Source of the DNA: an uncultured Rikenellaceae bacterium
Lineage (GTDB): Bacteria > Bacteroidota > Bacteroidia > Bacteroidales > Rikenellaceae
Length of the DNA stretch: 64,000 nucleotides
NCBI GenBank assembly: GCA_946486375.1
Contig: CAMLTW010000003.1
Location: forward strand, 120,668 to 184,667
Reading direction: 5' to 3'
Positions 47,508 through 57,790 of this stretch are shown here, one piece after another. Each line of letters opens with the position of its first letter. Position 1 is the stretch's first letter. Position numbers and translations under genes: made by a program. The notes beneath the pieces are model-generated. The model saw nothing but the letters and a program-made list of their open reading frames with translations. It made no database searches and was not told where the DNA came from.

Positions 47508-47541
47508 AAACGCTTTTTCCTGTATGGAAGAAGCGTTTTTT
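47508..47541 (+). terminator. Putative hairpin terminator after fmt
   Basis: AAACGCTT pairs with AAGCGTTT across a 15 nt loop and TTT follows. It lies between convergent genes. Confidence 0.45.
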
Positions 47542-47610
47542 ATCGGGCCGCTGTTCCGTGAGTTTTCATCCGGAAAATCCATCCCGTATTTTTCCGTTTT
47601 CCGGATAAAT

Positions 47611-48723
47611 TCAGTCTTCGTAATAGGTGAAAGTGCGTTCGGTCATCGGGGCCGTTATAATGCCTACGCCCGAAGAACCGATGTAGGTTCCGTCGTAGTC
47701 CCTGCACCATGTCCAGTTTTCGCACCGGTCGTATTCGTATTTCGCGGAATCCCCGACAGTAAGGATTTCCATCCCCGGAAACCAGGGACGATCTATGCGA
47801 CGACCGGATGCATCGCGCCTTTCCACGAGCGACCATACGCCATCCTCGCTGCTTCGTGTAAGGGTTTCCGTTATTCCGTCCCCCTTCTTTTCGTATCTGT
47901 ATTCCAAAGTGTAATCGAATTCTCCGTTCTCCTGATAACGGCGCTCTTTGAGCGGTTTGCCCTGAGCATCGTAGAGATATTCCGTCCGTTCTGAAATCCT
48001 GTCGTCGCCGTATATGAACGTCCGGGTGGTTTTCTCCGCAAGCAACCCCGCTTCGTCGTATGCGAACAGCGTCCGGTAACAAAGGTTGCCGTTCTCTCCA
48101 TAAGTGAGCGATTCCTTTAAGAGCCCGTCTTTTCCGTAAATGAAATCGGTGCGTGCTCGGTAAGTATAGGCTGGGGTTTCCCGCCTGACGATCCTTCCGT
48201 TTTCGTCGTACGTATTCCTTTCTTCCAGATGCGTTTTGCCGCCTTTCCGGTCGATCCGTTGCTCGGTCAGTCGCCCGGCAGGATCGTATTCGTAAACGGT
48301 GACGGCTTCGCTTCCGGGATGGAAGATGCGCTTTTCAAAACCTGCGCTGTCATACGTGTAACCGATTTCCTCGACCAGCACGCTGTCCAGGCTGAAACGC
48401 CTGATGCTCTCGAAACGCCCGTCTTGCGAGAAGGAAACGACAGTCTTGTGCACTCCTTCATACTCGTATTCGCCGCCTTTTTTCCATTGGGGCTGTTTTT
48501 GGTTCATCAACTCCCTCCGACTTAATTTTCCCTTCGGTTCGGGCCTGTAAAAACGGATGTCCATCGACTTGACTCTGCCTTTCAATGCCAGCACGGTTCG
48601 GTCGTTGGATAATGTATCCGCAGAGCGGTCGCATCCGCAATCCTCTGCTCGGACATTCCTTTCCGAACAGGCGGAAAGAGCGAATACGGTCAGCGCCAGA
48701 ACGGTGTGAAGGATTCCTTTCAT
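47611..48723 (-). CDS. Lipoprotein with degenerate YD (RHS-type) repeats
   Basis: Lipobox LSAC. At least six YxYDxxG(R/L)L-like repeats are present (YTYDSAG, YEYDPAGRL, NTYDENGRI, FAYDEAGLL, YLYDAQGKP, YRYEKKGDG). Confidence 0.7.
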   Translation of the reverse strand: MKGILHTVLALTVFALSACSERNVRAEDCGCDRSADTLSNDRTVLALKGRVKSMDIRFYRPEPKGKLSRRELMNQKQPQWKKGGEYEYEGVHKTVVSFSQDGRFESIRRFSLDSVLVEEIGYTYDSAGFEKRIFHPGSEAVTVYEYDPAGRLTEQRIDRKGGKTHLEERNTYDENGRIVRRETPAYTYRARTDFIYGKDGLLKESLTYGENGNLCYRTLFAYDEAGLLAEKTTRTFIYGDDRISERTEYLYDAQGKPLKERRYQENGEFDYTLEYRYEKKGDGITETLTRSSEDGVWSLVERRDASGRRIDRPWFPGMEILTVGDSAKYEYDRCENWTWCRDYDGTYIGSSGVGIITAPMTERTFTYYED

Positions 48724-48769
48724 TTTTATCTTCTATGAGTTTGGACGGTTTTGCATCGGCGGATGCCGG

Positions 48770-49438
48770 TCAGAAAAGGCGCATGCATATGTACATGGAC
48801 AGGAATCCGGTCAGGAATCCGGCGATTACCTGCCACAGGTCATGTCGTCCCAAGTACAACCTGACGGTGCCGAGCAGGCCCGCCAGCAGGATGAAAACCA
48901 TCAGCGCCACGGGCATCCTGCCGTATCCGAGCAGGTTGACCGATAACAGCAGTCCCACGATGCCGCCCATGGCCGTCATGTGCAGACTGATCTTCCAGCG
49001 AAAATTTACGATGAAACAAACGAGCAGGGCAATGAGCGCTCCGTACAAAACCCCGTGCATGATCCCGATCATCATGTAGCGGGACAGCATGACCGCACAC
49101 AACACATAACCGACCGCCACCGCCAGCATCGACAGGGTGCGGTCCCGCCGGGAAGCCAGGGAAAAATCGGACACCAGACCCGTCCGGCGCAGGATGAGGA
49201 TGACGGCGGCCGGAACCGCCATCGTATCGGTCATGACTACCCCGATCAGGTAATATTTCAGAGACCGGGGCAAGAGGCTCACGAACGTATTTCCGAACAG
49301 CAGGAGCGTCACTCCTATCGTCGGCAAGAAAAAGGGATGGCACACGATCGAATAAATCCGCGCGAACAAATCCATTCCTTTGCGCCGTTCCGCCGTTCCG
49401 TAATCCAACGCCCCCGCCCCTTCCGTTTCTTCATTCAT
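48770..49438 (-). CDS. PAP2-like integral membrane phosphatase family protein (tentative)
   Basis: Multi-TM protein. SLHMTAMGG resembles PSGH, and VRLYLGRHDLWQVIAG resembles SRxxxxxHxxxD with Asp replaced by Gln. The start is uncertain. Confidence 0.5.
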   Translation of the reverse strand: MNEETEGAGALDYGTAERRKGMDLFARIYSIVCHPFFLPTIGVTLLLFGNTFVSLLPRSLKYYLIGVVMTDTMAVPAAVILILRRTGLVSDFSLASRRDRTLSMLAVAVGYVLCAVMLSRYMMIGIMHGVLYGALIALLVCFIVNFRWKISLHMTAMGGIVGLLLSVNLLGYGRMPVALMVFILLAGLLGTVRLYLGRHDLWQVIAGFLTGFLSMYICMRLF

Positions 49439-49458
49439 TTCGTTTGGTTCTGTGCTCT

Positions 49459-50898
49459 TTATATCTGTTTGCGCAACCGTGCTACCGGAATGCCGAGCAT
49501 TTCCCGGTATTTGGCCACCGTACGCCGGGCGATCTGGTATCCCTTGTTATTGAGGATTTCCATCAGGGTTTCGTCCGTCAGCGGCTTTTGCTTGTTTTCA
49601 TTGTCGATGCATTCGCTGAGTATCTTCTTGATCTCGTACGAAGATACCTCTTCGCCCGATTCCGTCTGCATCGCTTCGGAGAAAAGCGTTTTCAGCGAGA
49701 AAATGCCGAAATGGGTCTGGATGTACTTGCTGTTCACCACCCGCGAGATCGTGGAAACATCCAGCCCCGTCCGATCCGCTATGTCTTTCAGAATCATGGG
49801 TTTCAGTTTGGTCTGATCCCCGTCCACGAAGTAATCCTTCTGGTAGTCCAGGATCGCCTTCATGGTTTGCATCAGCGTGTTGTGCCGCTGCTTGATGGCG
49901 GAAATGAACCACTTGGCCGAATCGATCTTGTGCTTGACGAACTGCACCGCCTCCTTGTCGCTTTCGCTCTGCCGCTCCCCTTTGGCCGTCATGTCCTTGA
50001 TCAGATTCACGTATTTGCTGTTGATCTTCACGTCGGGCACGTTGGAGTAGTTCAGCGACAGGTCGAACTCCCCGTTCTGGTAATCCAGCAGGAAGTCGGG
50101 CGTGATGTGCGGCGTCGCTCCGGATGCCCCCCCGTTGTAGAGGTTCCCCGGCCGCGGCGAAAGCCGGATGATTTCCTCGATGGCGTTGCGGAATTCGTCC
50201 ACCGGGACTCCCAGCCGGCTGATCAGCTTCTCGTAGTGCTTTTTGGTGAATTCGTCGAAATAGCTCGTCAGGATTTCCTTCGCCAGACGGGCCGACTTGG
50301 TCTTGATCCCCTTGGATGCGAGCTGCAGCATCAGGCATTCCTGCAGGGAACGGGCTCCGATTCCGGGCGGTTCGAGTTCCTGGATGGCTTTCAGCACTTT
50401 TTCCAGCTCTTCCCGTGTCGTTTCGATTCCTGTGCTGAAAGCGATGTCGTCCACCAAGGAGTCCAGCTCGCGCCGCAGGTATCCGTCGTCGTCCAGACTT
50501 CCGATCAGAAAGTCGGCGATGGTTCGTTCCCGCTCGTCCAGCGTTTTGTAGCCCAACTGTCCCTTGATGTATTCGTGGAACGAAAGCCCGTCCGACAGGT
50601 AGACCGGACGCCGCTCGTCGTCCTTCGAGTAATTGTTTACGTAGTACTTGTAATTGGGTACGTCTTCCTCCCGCACGTATTCGTCCACCGAAATATTTTT
50701 CTGTTCTTCCTGCCCCTCTTCCTCCTTCGCTTCGGTATCTTCGTCCAATACGGGGTTTTCTTCGATCTCCTGTTTAATACGTTGCTCTAATTGTAAGGCC
50801 GGCAGCTCAAGCAGTTTAATCATCTGGATCTGCTGAGGAGACAGTTTTTGCATCAATTTCTGGATGCTGCGCTGATTGAGAGTTGACATATCAAACAA
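49459..50898 (-). CDS. rpoN: RNA polymerase sigma-54 factor
   Basis: The C-terminal RpoN box is ARRTVAKYREMLGIP, with an N-terminal Gln/Leu-rich region I. Confidence 0.95.
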   Translation of the reverse strand: MFDMSTLNQRSIQKLMQKLSPQQIQMIKLLELPALQLEQRIKQEIEENPVLDEDTEAKEEEGQEEQKNISVDEYVREEDVPNYKYYVNNYSKDDERRPVYLSDGLSFHEYIKGQLGYKTLDERERTIADFLIGSLDDDGYLRRELDSLVDDIAFSTGIETTREELEKVLKAIQELEPPGIGARSLQECLMLQLASKGIKTKSARLAKEILTSYFDEFTKKHYEKLISRLGVPVDEFRNAIEEIIRLSPRPGNLYNGGASGATPHITPDFLLDYQNGEFDLSLNYSNVPDVKINSKYVNLIKDMTAKGERQSESDKEAVQFVKHKIDSAKWFISAIKQRHNTLMQTMKAILDYQKDYFVDGDQTKLKPMILKDIADRTGLDVSTISRVVNSKYIQTHFGIFSLKTLFSEAMQTESGEEVSSYEIKKILSECIDNENKQKPLTDETLMEILNNKGYQIARRTVAKYREMLGIPVARLRKQI

Positions 50899-50945
50899 TA
50901 CGATTTTGGTTTTCTCTTAGGGCCGTCCCCTCCGTGCCCGGAGTA

Positions 50946-52343
50946 TCAGAATTCCGCGCTCTTCGGGGTACGGGGGAACGGTATCACATCCCGAATGTTC
51001 GCCATTCCGGTTACAAAGAGGAGCAACCTTTCAAAACCCAGGCCAAAGCCGCTGTGCGGAGCCGACCCGAAACGGCGGGTGTCCATGTACCACCAGACGT
51101 CCTTTTCGGGGATGCCCAGCTCGGCGATCCGGGCGGCCAGCTTTTCATAGCTTTCCTCCCGCTGGGAGCCGCCGATGATTTCCCCGATCTTCGGGAAAAG
51201 CACGTCCATGGCCCGAACCGTCTTGCCGTCGTCGTTCTGCTTCATGTAAAATGCTTTTATCTCCTTGGGATAATTTGTCAGAATAACGGGCTTTTTGAAG
51301 TGCTTTTCGACCAGATAGCGTTCGTGTTCGCTCTGCAGGTCGAGCCCCCAGCTGACGGGAAACTCGAACCGGTGTCCCGACTTCATCAGGATGTCGATGC
51401 CCTCGGTGTAATCCAGCCGCACGAAATCGTTTTCCACCACGAATTTCAGCCGGTCGATCAGTTCCGGATCGTACATCTTGGCCAGGAACTGCAGGTCGCT
51501 CATGCAGTTTTCGAGGGCGTATCGTACCAGACTTTTGATGAAGTCTTCCGCCAGGTCCATGTTGTCCTCGATTTCGTAAAAGGCCATTTCGGGTTCCACC
51601 ATCCAGAACTCGGCCAGGTGGCGCGGGGTGTTGGAATTCTCCGCCCGGAACGTAGGGCCGAAGGTATAGATTTCGGAAAGCGCCATGGCTCCGAGTTCCC
51701 CTTCCAGCTGTCCGGATACGGTCAGGTTGCAGTGCTTGCCGAAAAAGTCCTGCGCATAGTCCACTTTTCCCGCTTCCGTTTTCGGCAGGTTGTCCAGGTT
51801 GAACGTGGTGACGGTGAACATCTCTCCCGCCCCTTCGCAGTCCGATGCCGTGACGATCGGCGTATGCAGGTAAACGAATCCCTTGTCGTTGAAATATTTG
51901 TGAATGGCATACGCCATGGCATGCCGAATGCGCAGCACCGCTCCGAACGTGTTGGTTCGGGGGCGCAGATGGGCGATTTCCCGCAGAAACTCCAGGGAGT
52001 GGCCCTTTTTCTGCAGCGGATAACTTTCCGGGTCGGCCGTACCGTACACTTCCAGTTCCGCAGCCTGGATTTCCACCCGTTGTCCGGAAGCGGGGGATTC
52101 CACCAGCCTGCCGGTGGCCCGGATGCAGGCTCCCGTCGTGATTTGCCGCAGCAACGCTTCGTCGAAAGCCGCCACGTCGGCCACGATCTGAATGTTGTCG
52201 ATGGTGGAACCGTCGTTCAGGGCGATGAACGCCACGTTCTTGTTGCCCCGTTTGGTACGTACCCAGCCCTTTACGGTCACTTCGCTGCCCGCTTCTCCGT
52301 CCTGCAGCAGCCGGACGATCTTGGTTCTTCCTCCGCTTGACAT
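50946..52343 (-). CDS. asnS: Asparagine--tRNA ligase
   Basis: Class II aaRS motifs ([30 protein letters not shown]). The start is trimmed to MSSGGRTK (465 aa). The longer track ORF adds 72 implausible residues. Confidence 0.95.
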   Translation of the reverse strand: MSSGGRTKIVRLLQDGEAGSEVTVKGWVRTKRGNKNVAFIALNDGSTIDNIQIVADVAAFDEALLRQITTGACIRATGRLVESPASGQRVEIQAAELEVYGTADPESYPLQKKGHSLEFLREIAHLRPRTNTFGAVLRIRHAMAYAIHKYFNDKGFVYLHTPIVTASDCEGAGEMFTVTTFNLDNLPKTEAGKVDYAQDFFGKHCNLTVSGQLEGELGAMALSEIYTFGPTFRAENSNTPRHLAEFWMVEPEMAFYEIEDNMDLAEDFIKSLVRYALENCMSDLQFLAKMYDPELIDRLKFVVENDFVRLDYTEGIDILMKSGHRFEFPVSWGLDLQSEHERYLVEKHFKKPVILTNYPKEIKAFYMKQNDDGKTVRAMDVLFPKIGEIIGGSQREESYEKLAARIAELGIPEKDVWWYMDTRRFGSAPHSGFGLGFERLLLFVTGMANIRDVIPFPRTPKSAEF

Positions 52344-52372
52344 AAATCGTTCGATTTTATCCGTTATGTTTC

Positions 52373-53293
52373 TTAAATTTTTTCCTGATAGTACCGGGTG
52401 GTCGTCTGACCGTCCAGTTTGGCCGTGACCGAATAGGGCGGATTGCACATCCATTGGTTCCCCCGGTCGTAGGTGACCGAATCGATGCCCACGCTTCCCG
52501 TATTGGCGTCCAGCAGGATGATCCGTTCCTCGCCGCCCGATTTCTGCAGGTAGGTGCACTGAGCCTGATACAGCAGAGGCGATAGAATCTGGTACCGGAA
52601 ATAGGAGCTGTAAAGGTTCTTGCCTCCGTTTTCGTTTCCCGGCAGGATTTCCACCTGGAAACGGGCGTCGGTCAACGCATCGGGGGTCTGATTTCCCTGA
52701 ACCTGAGTGATTTTGACGCCCACATACCAGTTGGAATACAGGCCCATGGCAGTCATCCGCATGTACACCCCGTCATTCGGCGTGACGACTTCCCACTGAT
52801 CGGCAGCCGTAGTCCGGATCATGTAGGAACCGGTACTCAGCCGCTGTTCGATGATTCCGTAGTTCGTCAGGTTGACCTGATAAGGGCGCGCCTGCGTGGT
52901 GGTTACCGTCCATGTCGTTCCGGGCGTGGAAAGATCGGCGCCTTCGGTATGCACGATGACATCTCCCTGACGGTTCAAGTCCCGCCGAACTTCGCCGGTT
53001 CGGAACGTATAGCTTATCGTGTAGGTTTTATTATCCTTCGTGAGAATCTGAGCTCCTTCAAAAAAACGGTTCCGCAGCGTTTCGGCCTGCCGGGGATCGG
53101 CAGCCACCGCCTTCAGGTAAACGTTCAGCCGGTAAGCTACGTTGAACGGATCCAGCGCCAGGTCGTTTTGCGCGGAAGTGAGCTTGTACCATTCGAGGTA
53201 GATTGCGAACGGATCGTAGTCCTCCCCTTTCGAGTTGTTGCAGGAACTGAGCAGCGCTAAGGCGGCTATGATCGGCAGAACGAGTCGTTTCAT
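52373..53293 (-). CDS. Lipoprotein of unknown function
   Basis: The start [20 protein letters not shown] carries a lipobox. I recognise no domain. Confidence 0.65.
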   Translation of the reverse strand: MKRLVLPIIAALALLSSCNNSKGEDYDPFAIYLEWYKLTSAQNDLALDPFNVAYRLNVYLKAVAADPRQAETLRNRFFEGAQILTKDNKTYTISYTFRTGEVRRDLNRQGDVIVHTEGADLSTPGTTWTVTTTQARPYQVNLTNYGIIEQRLSTGSYMIRTTAADQWEVVTPNDGVYMRMTAMGLYSNWYVGVKITQVQGNQTPDALTDARFQVEILPGNENGGKNLYSSYFRYQILSPLLYQAQCTYLQKSGGEERIILLDANTGSVGIDSVTYDRGNQWMCNPPYSVTAKLDGQTTTRYYQEKI

Positions 53294-53504
53294 AAGTCTT
53301 GTCGGTTTAAGGCGATTTTCCGAGGCAGCCGTTCCGCCCTGCCCCGCAGCAAAGCAGCGGGGCGATGCGAATCGGTTCTTCTGCATCGTCGTGTCAAGGT
53401 TGCAAATTTAACGGTTCCGAAAGGAATAAACAAGCCGCTTCCCCGGGCGGACGGGGTTTTTCAAAATATATTTGCAAAAAACGGGAGAGGCACCCTGCCG
53501 AAAG

Positions 53505-54422
53505 TCAGCCTAAGGTTTCCCCCTGTTCTCCCTGACCGGTTCGCAGGTTGCTGTGAAGCTCGTGGATGATGCCGTCGGCCAGCCCCAGTTTCGGAACGGC
53601 GATCTGATCGATTTTCGCCGCCTTGCACACGGCGAGGAAAATCCTCATGGCGGGTACGATGACATCGGCCCGGTAGGTATTGAGTTTCAGCACATGAATG
53701 CGATCTTCGTAACTATAGGAACGGACATAGTCGTAGAGCACTTTCAGCTCGGTATAGGAGATATTCTCCTTTTCCTTCTTGTTCAGCAGTTTTTGCACCC
53801 GGTTGATGTTGCCCCCCGAACCGATGATGACCGACGGGGTGTGGCGGACGGCTACGCCCTTGAGCCACTTTTTCATGCGTTTCACCTCCTCTTCGTCCAT
53901 TCCCCGGTTCAGCGTACGGACGGTTCCCAATGTGAAAGACCTTGCCTCGACGATCCTCGAGTCGGCATAGACGATGATTTCGGTGCTCCCTCCGCCCACG
54001 TCCACATACAGGTAAGTCTTGTCGGGGCCGAACAGGTCGGCCGCTCCGCAGGCGAAGGCGGTTTCCGCTTCCCGGAGGCCGTGAACGATTTTGATCCGGA
54101 CTCCGGTGCGGCGGAAAATTTCATCCGTCACTTCCTGTCCGTTCCGTGCTTCCCGCATGGCGCTCGTGGCATAGGCCAGATAGCGTTGTACGCCGAAGGC
54201 TTTCATCAGGTGTCCGAAACCGGCGATCGCTTCCTCCAGTCGGAGGGCTTTTTTCTCTCCCACCCGGCCGTGTACGAAAACATCTTCTCCCAGCCGGATG
54301 GGAACCCGGATGAAAGCCGCTTTTTTGAAAACGGGTTCGTGCGGAAAATTTTCCACGTTCATGATCAGGAGCCGGATCGCGTTGGAACCGATGTCGATCG
54401 CTCCGAGTGTCTGCATATTCAT
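53505..54422 (-). CDS. ppx: Exopolyphosphatase (Ppx/GppA family)
   Basis: AIDIGSNAIRLLI and DVGGGSTE are ASKHA-fold phosphate motifs. The gene is directly downstream of ppk1. Confidence 0.9.
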   Translation of the reverse strand: MNMQTLGAIDIGSNAIRLLIMNVENFPHEPVFKKAAFIRVPIRLGEDVFVHGRVGEKKALRLEEAIAGFGHLMKAFGVQRYLAYATSAMREARNGQEVTDEIFRRTGVRIKIVHGLREAETAFACGAADLFGPDKTYLYVDVGGGSTEIIVYADSRIVEARSFTLGTVRTLNRGMDEEEVKRMKKWLKGVAVRHTPSVIIGSGGNINRVQKLLNKKEKENISYTELKVLYDYVRSYSYEDRIHVLKLNTYRADVIVPAMRIFLAVCKAAKIDQIAVPKLGLADGIIHELHSNLRTGQGEQGETLG

Positions 54423-54447
54423 CTTTCCCGATTTCGTTAAACATGAT

Positions 54448-56529
54448 TCATTCGCCGGAGGCCCAGAAGTCGTAAAGCTCCGTCTGCGAACGACGGCGCT
54501 CGTTTTCCGGAATGTTTTCCTCGTCCCCTATGTATACGTTTTCCCGGAAAAGGCTCAGATCGCGCGCCTTGTCGGTATCGTTCCACTGGATGTCGAAAAA
54601 TCGTTTCAGGGTCCGGCGGATATCCTCGTCGAGGACGGGAGCGGCCACTTCCACCCGTCGGTCGAGGTTCCGTTTCATCCAGTCGGCGCTTCCGATGTAC
54701 GCCTTTTCGTTTCCTCCGTTGCAGAAAATCGCCAGCCGGGCGTGCTCCAGATATTTGTCCACGATGCTGATGGCCCGGATGTTTTCGCTGAGGCCCGGCA
54801 CGCCGGGTTTCAGGCAGCAGGCTCCCCGTACGATCAGGCGGATTTCCACCCCGGCAGCGCTGGCTCGGTAAAGCATGCGGATGATTCCTTCGTCCGTCAG
54901 GCTGTTGAATTTGGCATGAATGTACGCTTTTTTTTCGTTGCGTGCATTCCGGATTTCCCGTTCGATCAGGTCGTAGAATCCGCTCCGCATGAAATCGGGA
55001 GAAACCAGCAGTTTCCGGTATCCGGCATGCCGGTTCCGGTTCACCAGAAAATCGAACATCTGCCCCACTTCCTCCGCAATTTCCGGACGGCAGGTGAACA
55101 GGCTGAAATCGCTGTAAACCTTTGCCGTGTCCTCGTTGAAATTACCGGTGCCGATGTGGGCGTAACTTCGCACGGAACCGTTCTCCCGGCGGGTGACCAG
55201 AATCAGTTTGGCGTGGACTTTCAGCCCTTCTTCCCCGTGCACCACCTGCACGCCCGCCGCACGGAGCCGTCCGGAATTCTCGATGTTCCGTTCCTCGTCG
55301 AAACGGGCCATCAATTCCATGCATACGATCACCTGTTTTCCGTTTTTGGCCGCATTGATCAGGGCGTTGATGACCTTCGACTTCCGGGCGGTGCGGTAAA
55401 GGGTGATGCAGATCGAATCCACCCGCGGGTCCACCGCCGCTTCCCGCAGAAAGTCGATCAGGTGGTTGAACGTATGGTAGGGATAATTCAGCAGAATGTC
55501 TTTTTGGCGGATGGCTCCGAAAAAGCCCGTGAACGGCGGAGCGTCCGGATGCCTGAGCGGAGGAGGATTCCGGTTTTCCAGTTCGGGAGCCACCTTCGGA
55601 AAGTACATCAGATCCCGGAGCAGGTGGTACCTCCCGCCGGGACTCAGGTTTTCCCGGTTGTGAAGTCCCAGTTTCCGGGCCAGGGTTTCCAGCATGTCGG
55701 CAGGAATCTCCTTGTCGTATACCAGCCGGACGGGGCGCCCGTGCCTTCGTTTGGCGAGACCCTGCTCCATCTTTTGGATCAGGCTTTTCCAGACGTCGTC
55801 GTCCAGCGTCAGTTCCGCGTCCCGCATGAACTTGAAAGTGTAGGCCGCTATCCGGTCGTAATCGAACATGAAAAAGATTTCGTCCAGACACAACCGGATG
55901 ATGTCGTCCACAAAAACGATCGAGACGGTGGCGTCGGCGGAAGGCAGCACCACGAAACGCGGCAACGTATCGTGGGGCGGGATTTCGATGATGGCGTACC
56001 GCACGTTTCGGGCGGAGGACATCTGAACGGCCAGATAAATCCGGCCGTCCCGAAGAAACGGGAGCGGGGTCGATTTGCGCAGCATCAGCGGTACCAGCAA
56101 AGGGCTGACTTCGTCCGCGAAATAAGCGCGGCAGAAACGTTCCTGCGCCTCGTCCAGCTGTTTTTCGTTCCGGACGAAGATGCCGTGCTTTTCCATCCCG
56201 GACAGGACGGCGGCATAGGTCTCCTCGAAAAGGAGCTGCGATCGGAGGCTTTGCCGGTGGATTTCTTCCAGCAGTGCTTCCGGAACGTATCCCCCGGACA
56301 GTTTCTTGTTTTGCGTCGCCTTTACCTGCGTGCAGCGTTCCAGGTTGGCCACGCGGACTTTCACGAATTCGTCCTGATTGTTGGAATAGATACCCAGAAA
56401 ACGAAGGCGTTGCAGCAGCGGCACTTTTTCGTCCCGCGCCTCCTGAAGCACCCGTTCGTTGAAGGAGAGCCAGCTCAGTTCCCGGTTGTACAGCATGTCC
56501 CTGTCCGATTTTTCCGATGACTTTTTCAT
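54448..56529 (-). CDS. ppk1: Polyphosphate kinase 1
   Basis: YNRELSWLSFNERVLQEA at the N-terminus, two PLD-like HKD-type regions and the VHAKL motif. Confidence 0.95.
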   Translation of the reverse strand: MKKSSEKSDRDMLYNRELSWLSFNERVLQEARDEKVPLLQRLRFLGIYSNNQDEFVKVRVANLERCTQVKATQNKKLSGGYVPEALLEEIHRQSLRSQLLFEETYAAVLSGMEKHGIFVRNEKQLDEAQERFCRAYFADEVSPLLVPLMLRKSTPLPFLRDGRIYLAVQMSSARNVRYAIIEIPPHDTLPRFVVLPSADATVSIVFVDDIIRLCLDEIFFMFDYDRIAAYTFKFMRDAELTLDDDVWKSLIQKMEQGLAKRRHGRPVRLVYDKEIPADMLETLARKLGLHNRENLSPGGRYHLLRDLMYFPKVAPELENRNPPPLRHPDAPPFTGFFGAIRQKDILLNYPYHTFNHLIDFLREAAVDPRVDSICITLYRTARKSKVINALINAAKNGKQVIVCMELMARFDEERNIENSGRLRAAGVQVVHGEEGLKVHAKLILVTRRENGSVRSYAHIGTGNFNEDTAKVYSDFSLFTCRPEIAEEVGQMFDFLVNRNRHAGYRKLLVSPDFMRSGFYDLIEREIRNARNEKKAYIHAKFNSLTDEGIIRMLYRASAAGVEIRLIVRGACCLKPGVPGLSENIRAISIVDKYLEHARLAIFCNGGNEKAYIGSADWMKRNLDRRVEVAAPVLDEDIRRTLKRFFDIQWNDTDKARDLSLFRENVYIGDEENIPENERRRSQTELYDFWASGE

Positions 56530-56646
56530 GGCCTAAATTACGTATCCGGTATGGAATTGCCGTTAAGGGAACGTTAAATATTGCGCCGGCGAAGGCGGCA
56601 CACGGGGAAGATTCAAAAACAGTGCCGGTAAGGAATTACGGTTCAG

Positions 56647-56925
56647 TCATTTCACGATATAGATCACCTCGCCCTCCCGCTTCATGTAATAGTTTTCCCG
56701 TGCCACCCGTTCCAGAAATTCGTCGTCCTTCAGATTTTCCAGCACGGTGCTGTCTTCCACGATTTTTTGAAGGTAGTAATTCCGCTGTTCTTCCAATCCC
56801 CGGATTTTGTTCCGCAACGCCCAACTGTCCATCAGGTTGTTCTTGTCGACGAATACGATCAGCACCGCGAATACGAGAGCGGTGAGCGCGAAAAGCCGTT
56901 TTCTGGGAAAGTGGAAACGTGGCAT
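56647..56925 (-). CDS. Septum formation initiator family protein (FtsB/DivIC-like)
   Basis: 92 aa with a single N-terminal TM helix, a coiled coil and a conserved ERVARENYYMKREGEVIY tail. Confidence 0.75.
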   Translation of the reverse strand: MPRFHFPRKRLFALTALVFAVLIVFVDKNNLMDSWALRNKIRGLEEQRNYYLQKIVEDSTVLENLKDDEFLERVARENYYMKREGEVIYIVK

Positions 56926-56971
56926 CCGGGTAAGTCCTTTGAGACAAAGGTACGAAATTGTCCCTTAAAAA

Positions 56972-57790
56972 TCAGTCCCAGTATTTGAAAAAATGGTGAA
57001 CGCCTCCGTGACCGTGACCTATTTTGTAGTCGGCTCCCGCCCGGATTGCGTCGTGGATATACTCTTCCGCTTTTCCGACCGCTTCGGGCAATGCGAAACC
57101 GAGCGCCAGAAAAGAAGCGATGGCTGAAGAAAGCGTGCAGCCCGTTCCGTGCGTATTGGGGGTGAGCGTTTTTCGATACGGATAATCGTATTGCTTTTCC
57201 GGCCGACCGTCGAAAAGCAGATCGCATACCTCTGCCCCTTCCAGATGTCCGGCCTTGAGCAACACCCCGTCTGCACCTTTGTCGAACAATCGTGCAGCCA
57301 TTTCCCTGAACGAATCCTTCGGATTTTCAGGCAGCAGGCGGATCCCCGTCATGAATTCCGCTTCCGGGAGATTCGGCGTCACCACCCGTGCCAGCGGCAG
57401 GAGCCGGTTCAGAATGGCTTCCGCCGCTTCCTTCGAGATCAGGCGATCGCCGGAGGTGGCGATCATCACCGGATCCAGCACGACGTTCCGTACGGCGTGT
57501 TTTTCCAGCACTTCCGCCACCGTTTCCACGATTTCCGCCGTGGGCAGCATCCCCAGCTTGACCGCATCGGCGCCGATGTCGCTCAGAACGGCCTCCGCCT
57601 GCATTCGAACGAAGGACGCCGGTACGGTATGGATGCCGTCGACTCCCTGTGTATTCTGTGCCGTCAGCGCCGTGATGACCGATGCCACGTAGCATCCGCA
57701 GGCCGATGCCGTTTTGATGTCGGCCTGAATTCCCGCTCCGCCTCCGCTGTCGGAACCGGCGATCGTCAGTACCGTGTGGTATCGTTTCAT
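56972..57790 (-). CDS. thiD: Hydroxymethylpyrimidine/phosphomethylpyrimidine kinase
   Basis: TIAGSDSGGGAGIQADIKT and TPNTHGTGCTLSSAIA motifs. The start is trimmed to MKRYHTV. It has an ATGA overlap with the upstream gene. Confidence 0.9.
   Translation of the reverse strand: MKRYHTVLTIAGSDSGGGAGIQADIKTASACGCYVASVITALTAQNTQGVDGIHTVPASFVRMQAEAVLSDIGADAVKLGMLPTAEIVETVAEVLEKHAVRNVVLDPVMIATSGDRLISKEAAEAILNRLLPLARVVTPNLPEAEFMTGIRLLPENPKDSFREMAARLFDKGADGVLLKAGHLEGAEVCDLLFDGRPEKQYDYPYRKTLTPNTHGTGCTLSSAIASFLALGFALPEAVGKAEEYIHDAIRAGADYKIGHGHGGVHHFFKYWD

Noticed and set aside
50946-52559. N-terminally extended ORF versions for asnS (537 aa), pyk (60396, 549 aa), thiD (57931), sufB (24076), mltG (14053), the S46 peptidase gene (18392), the DapA-like gene (4236), pepD (7125) and ribBA (45170)
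   Set aside because: The extensions are compositionally aberrant, overlap neighbouring genes or promoters, and precede internal Met codons that give canonical family N-termini and lengths.
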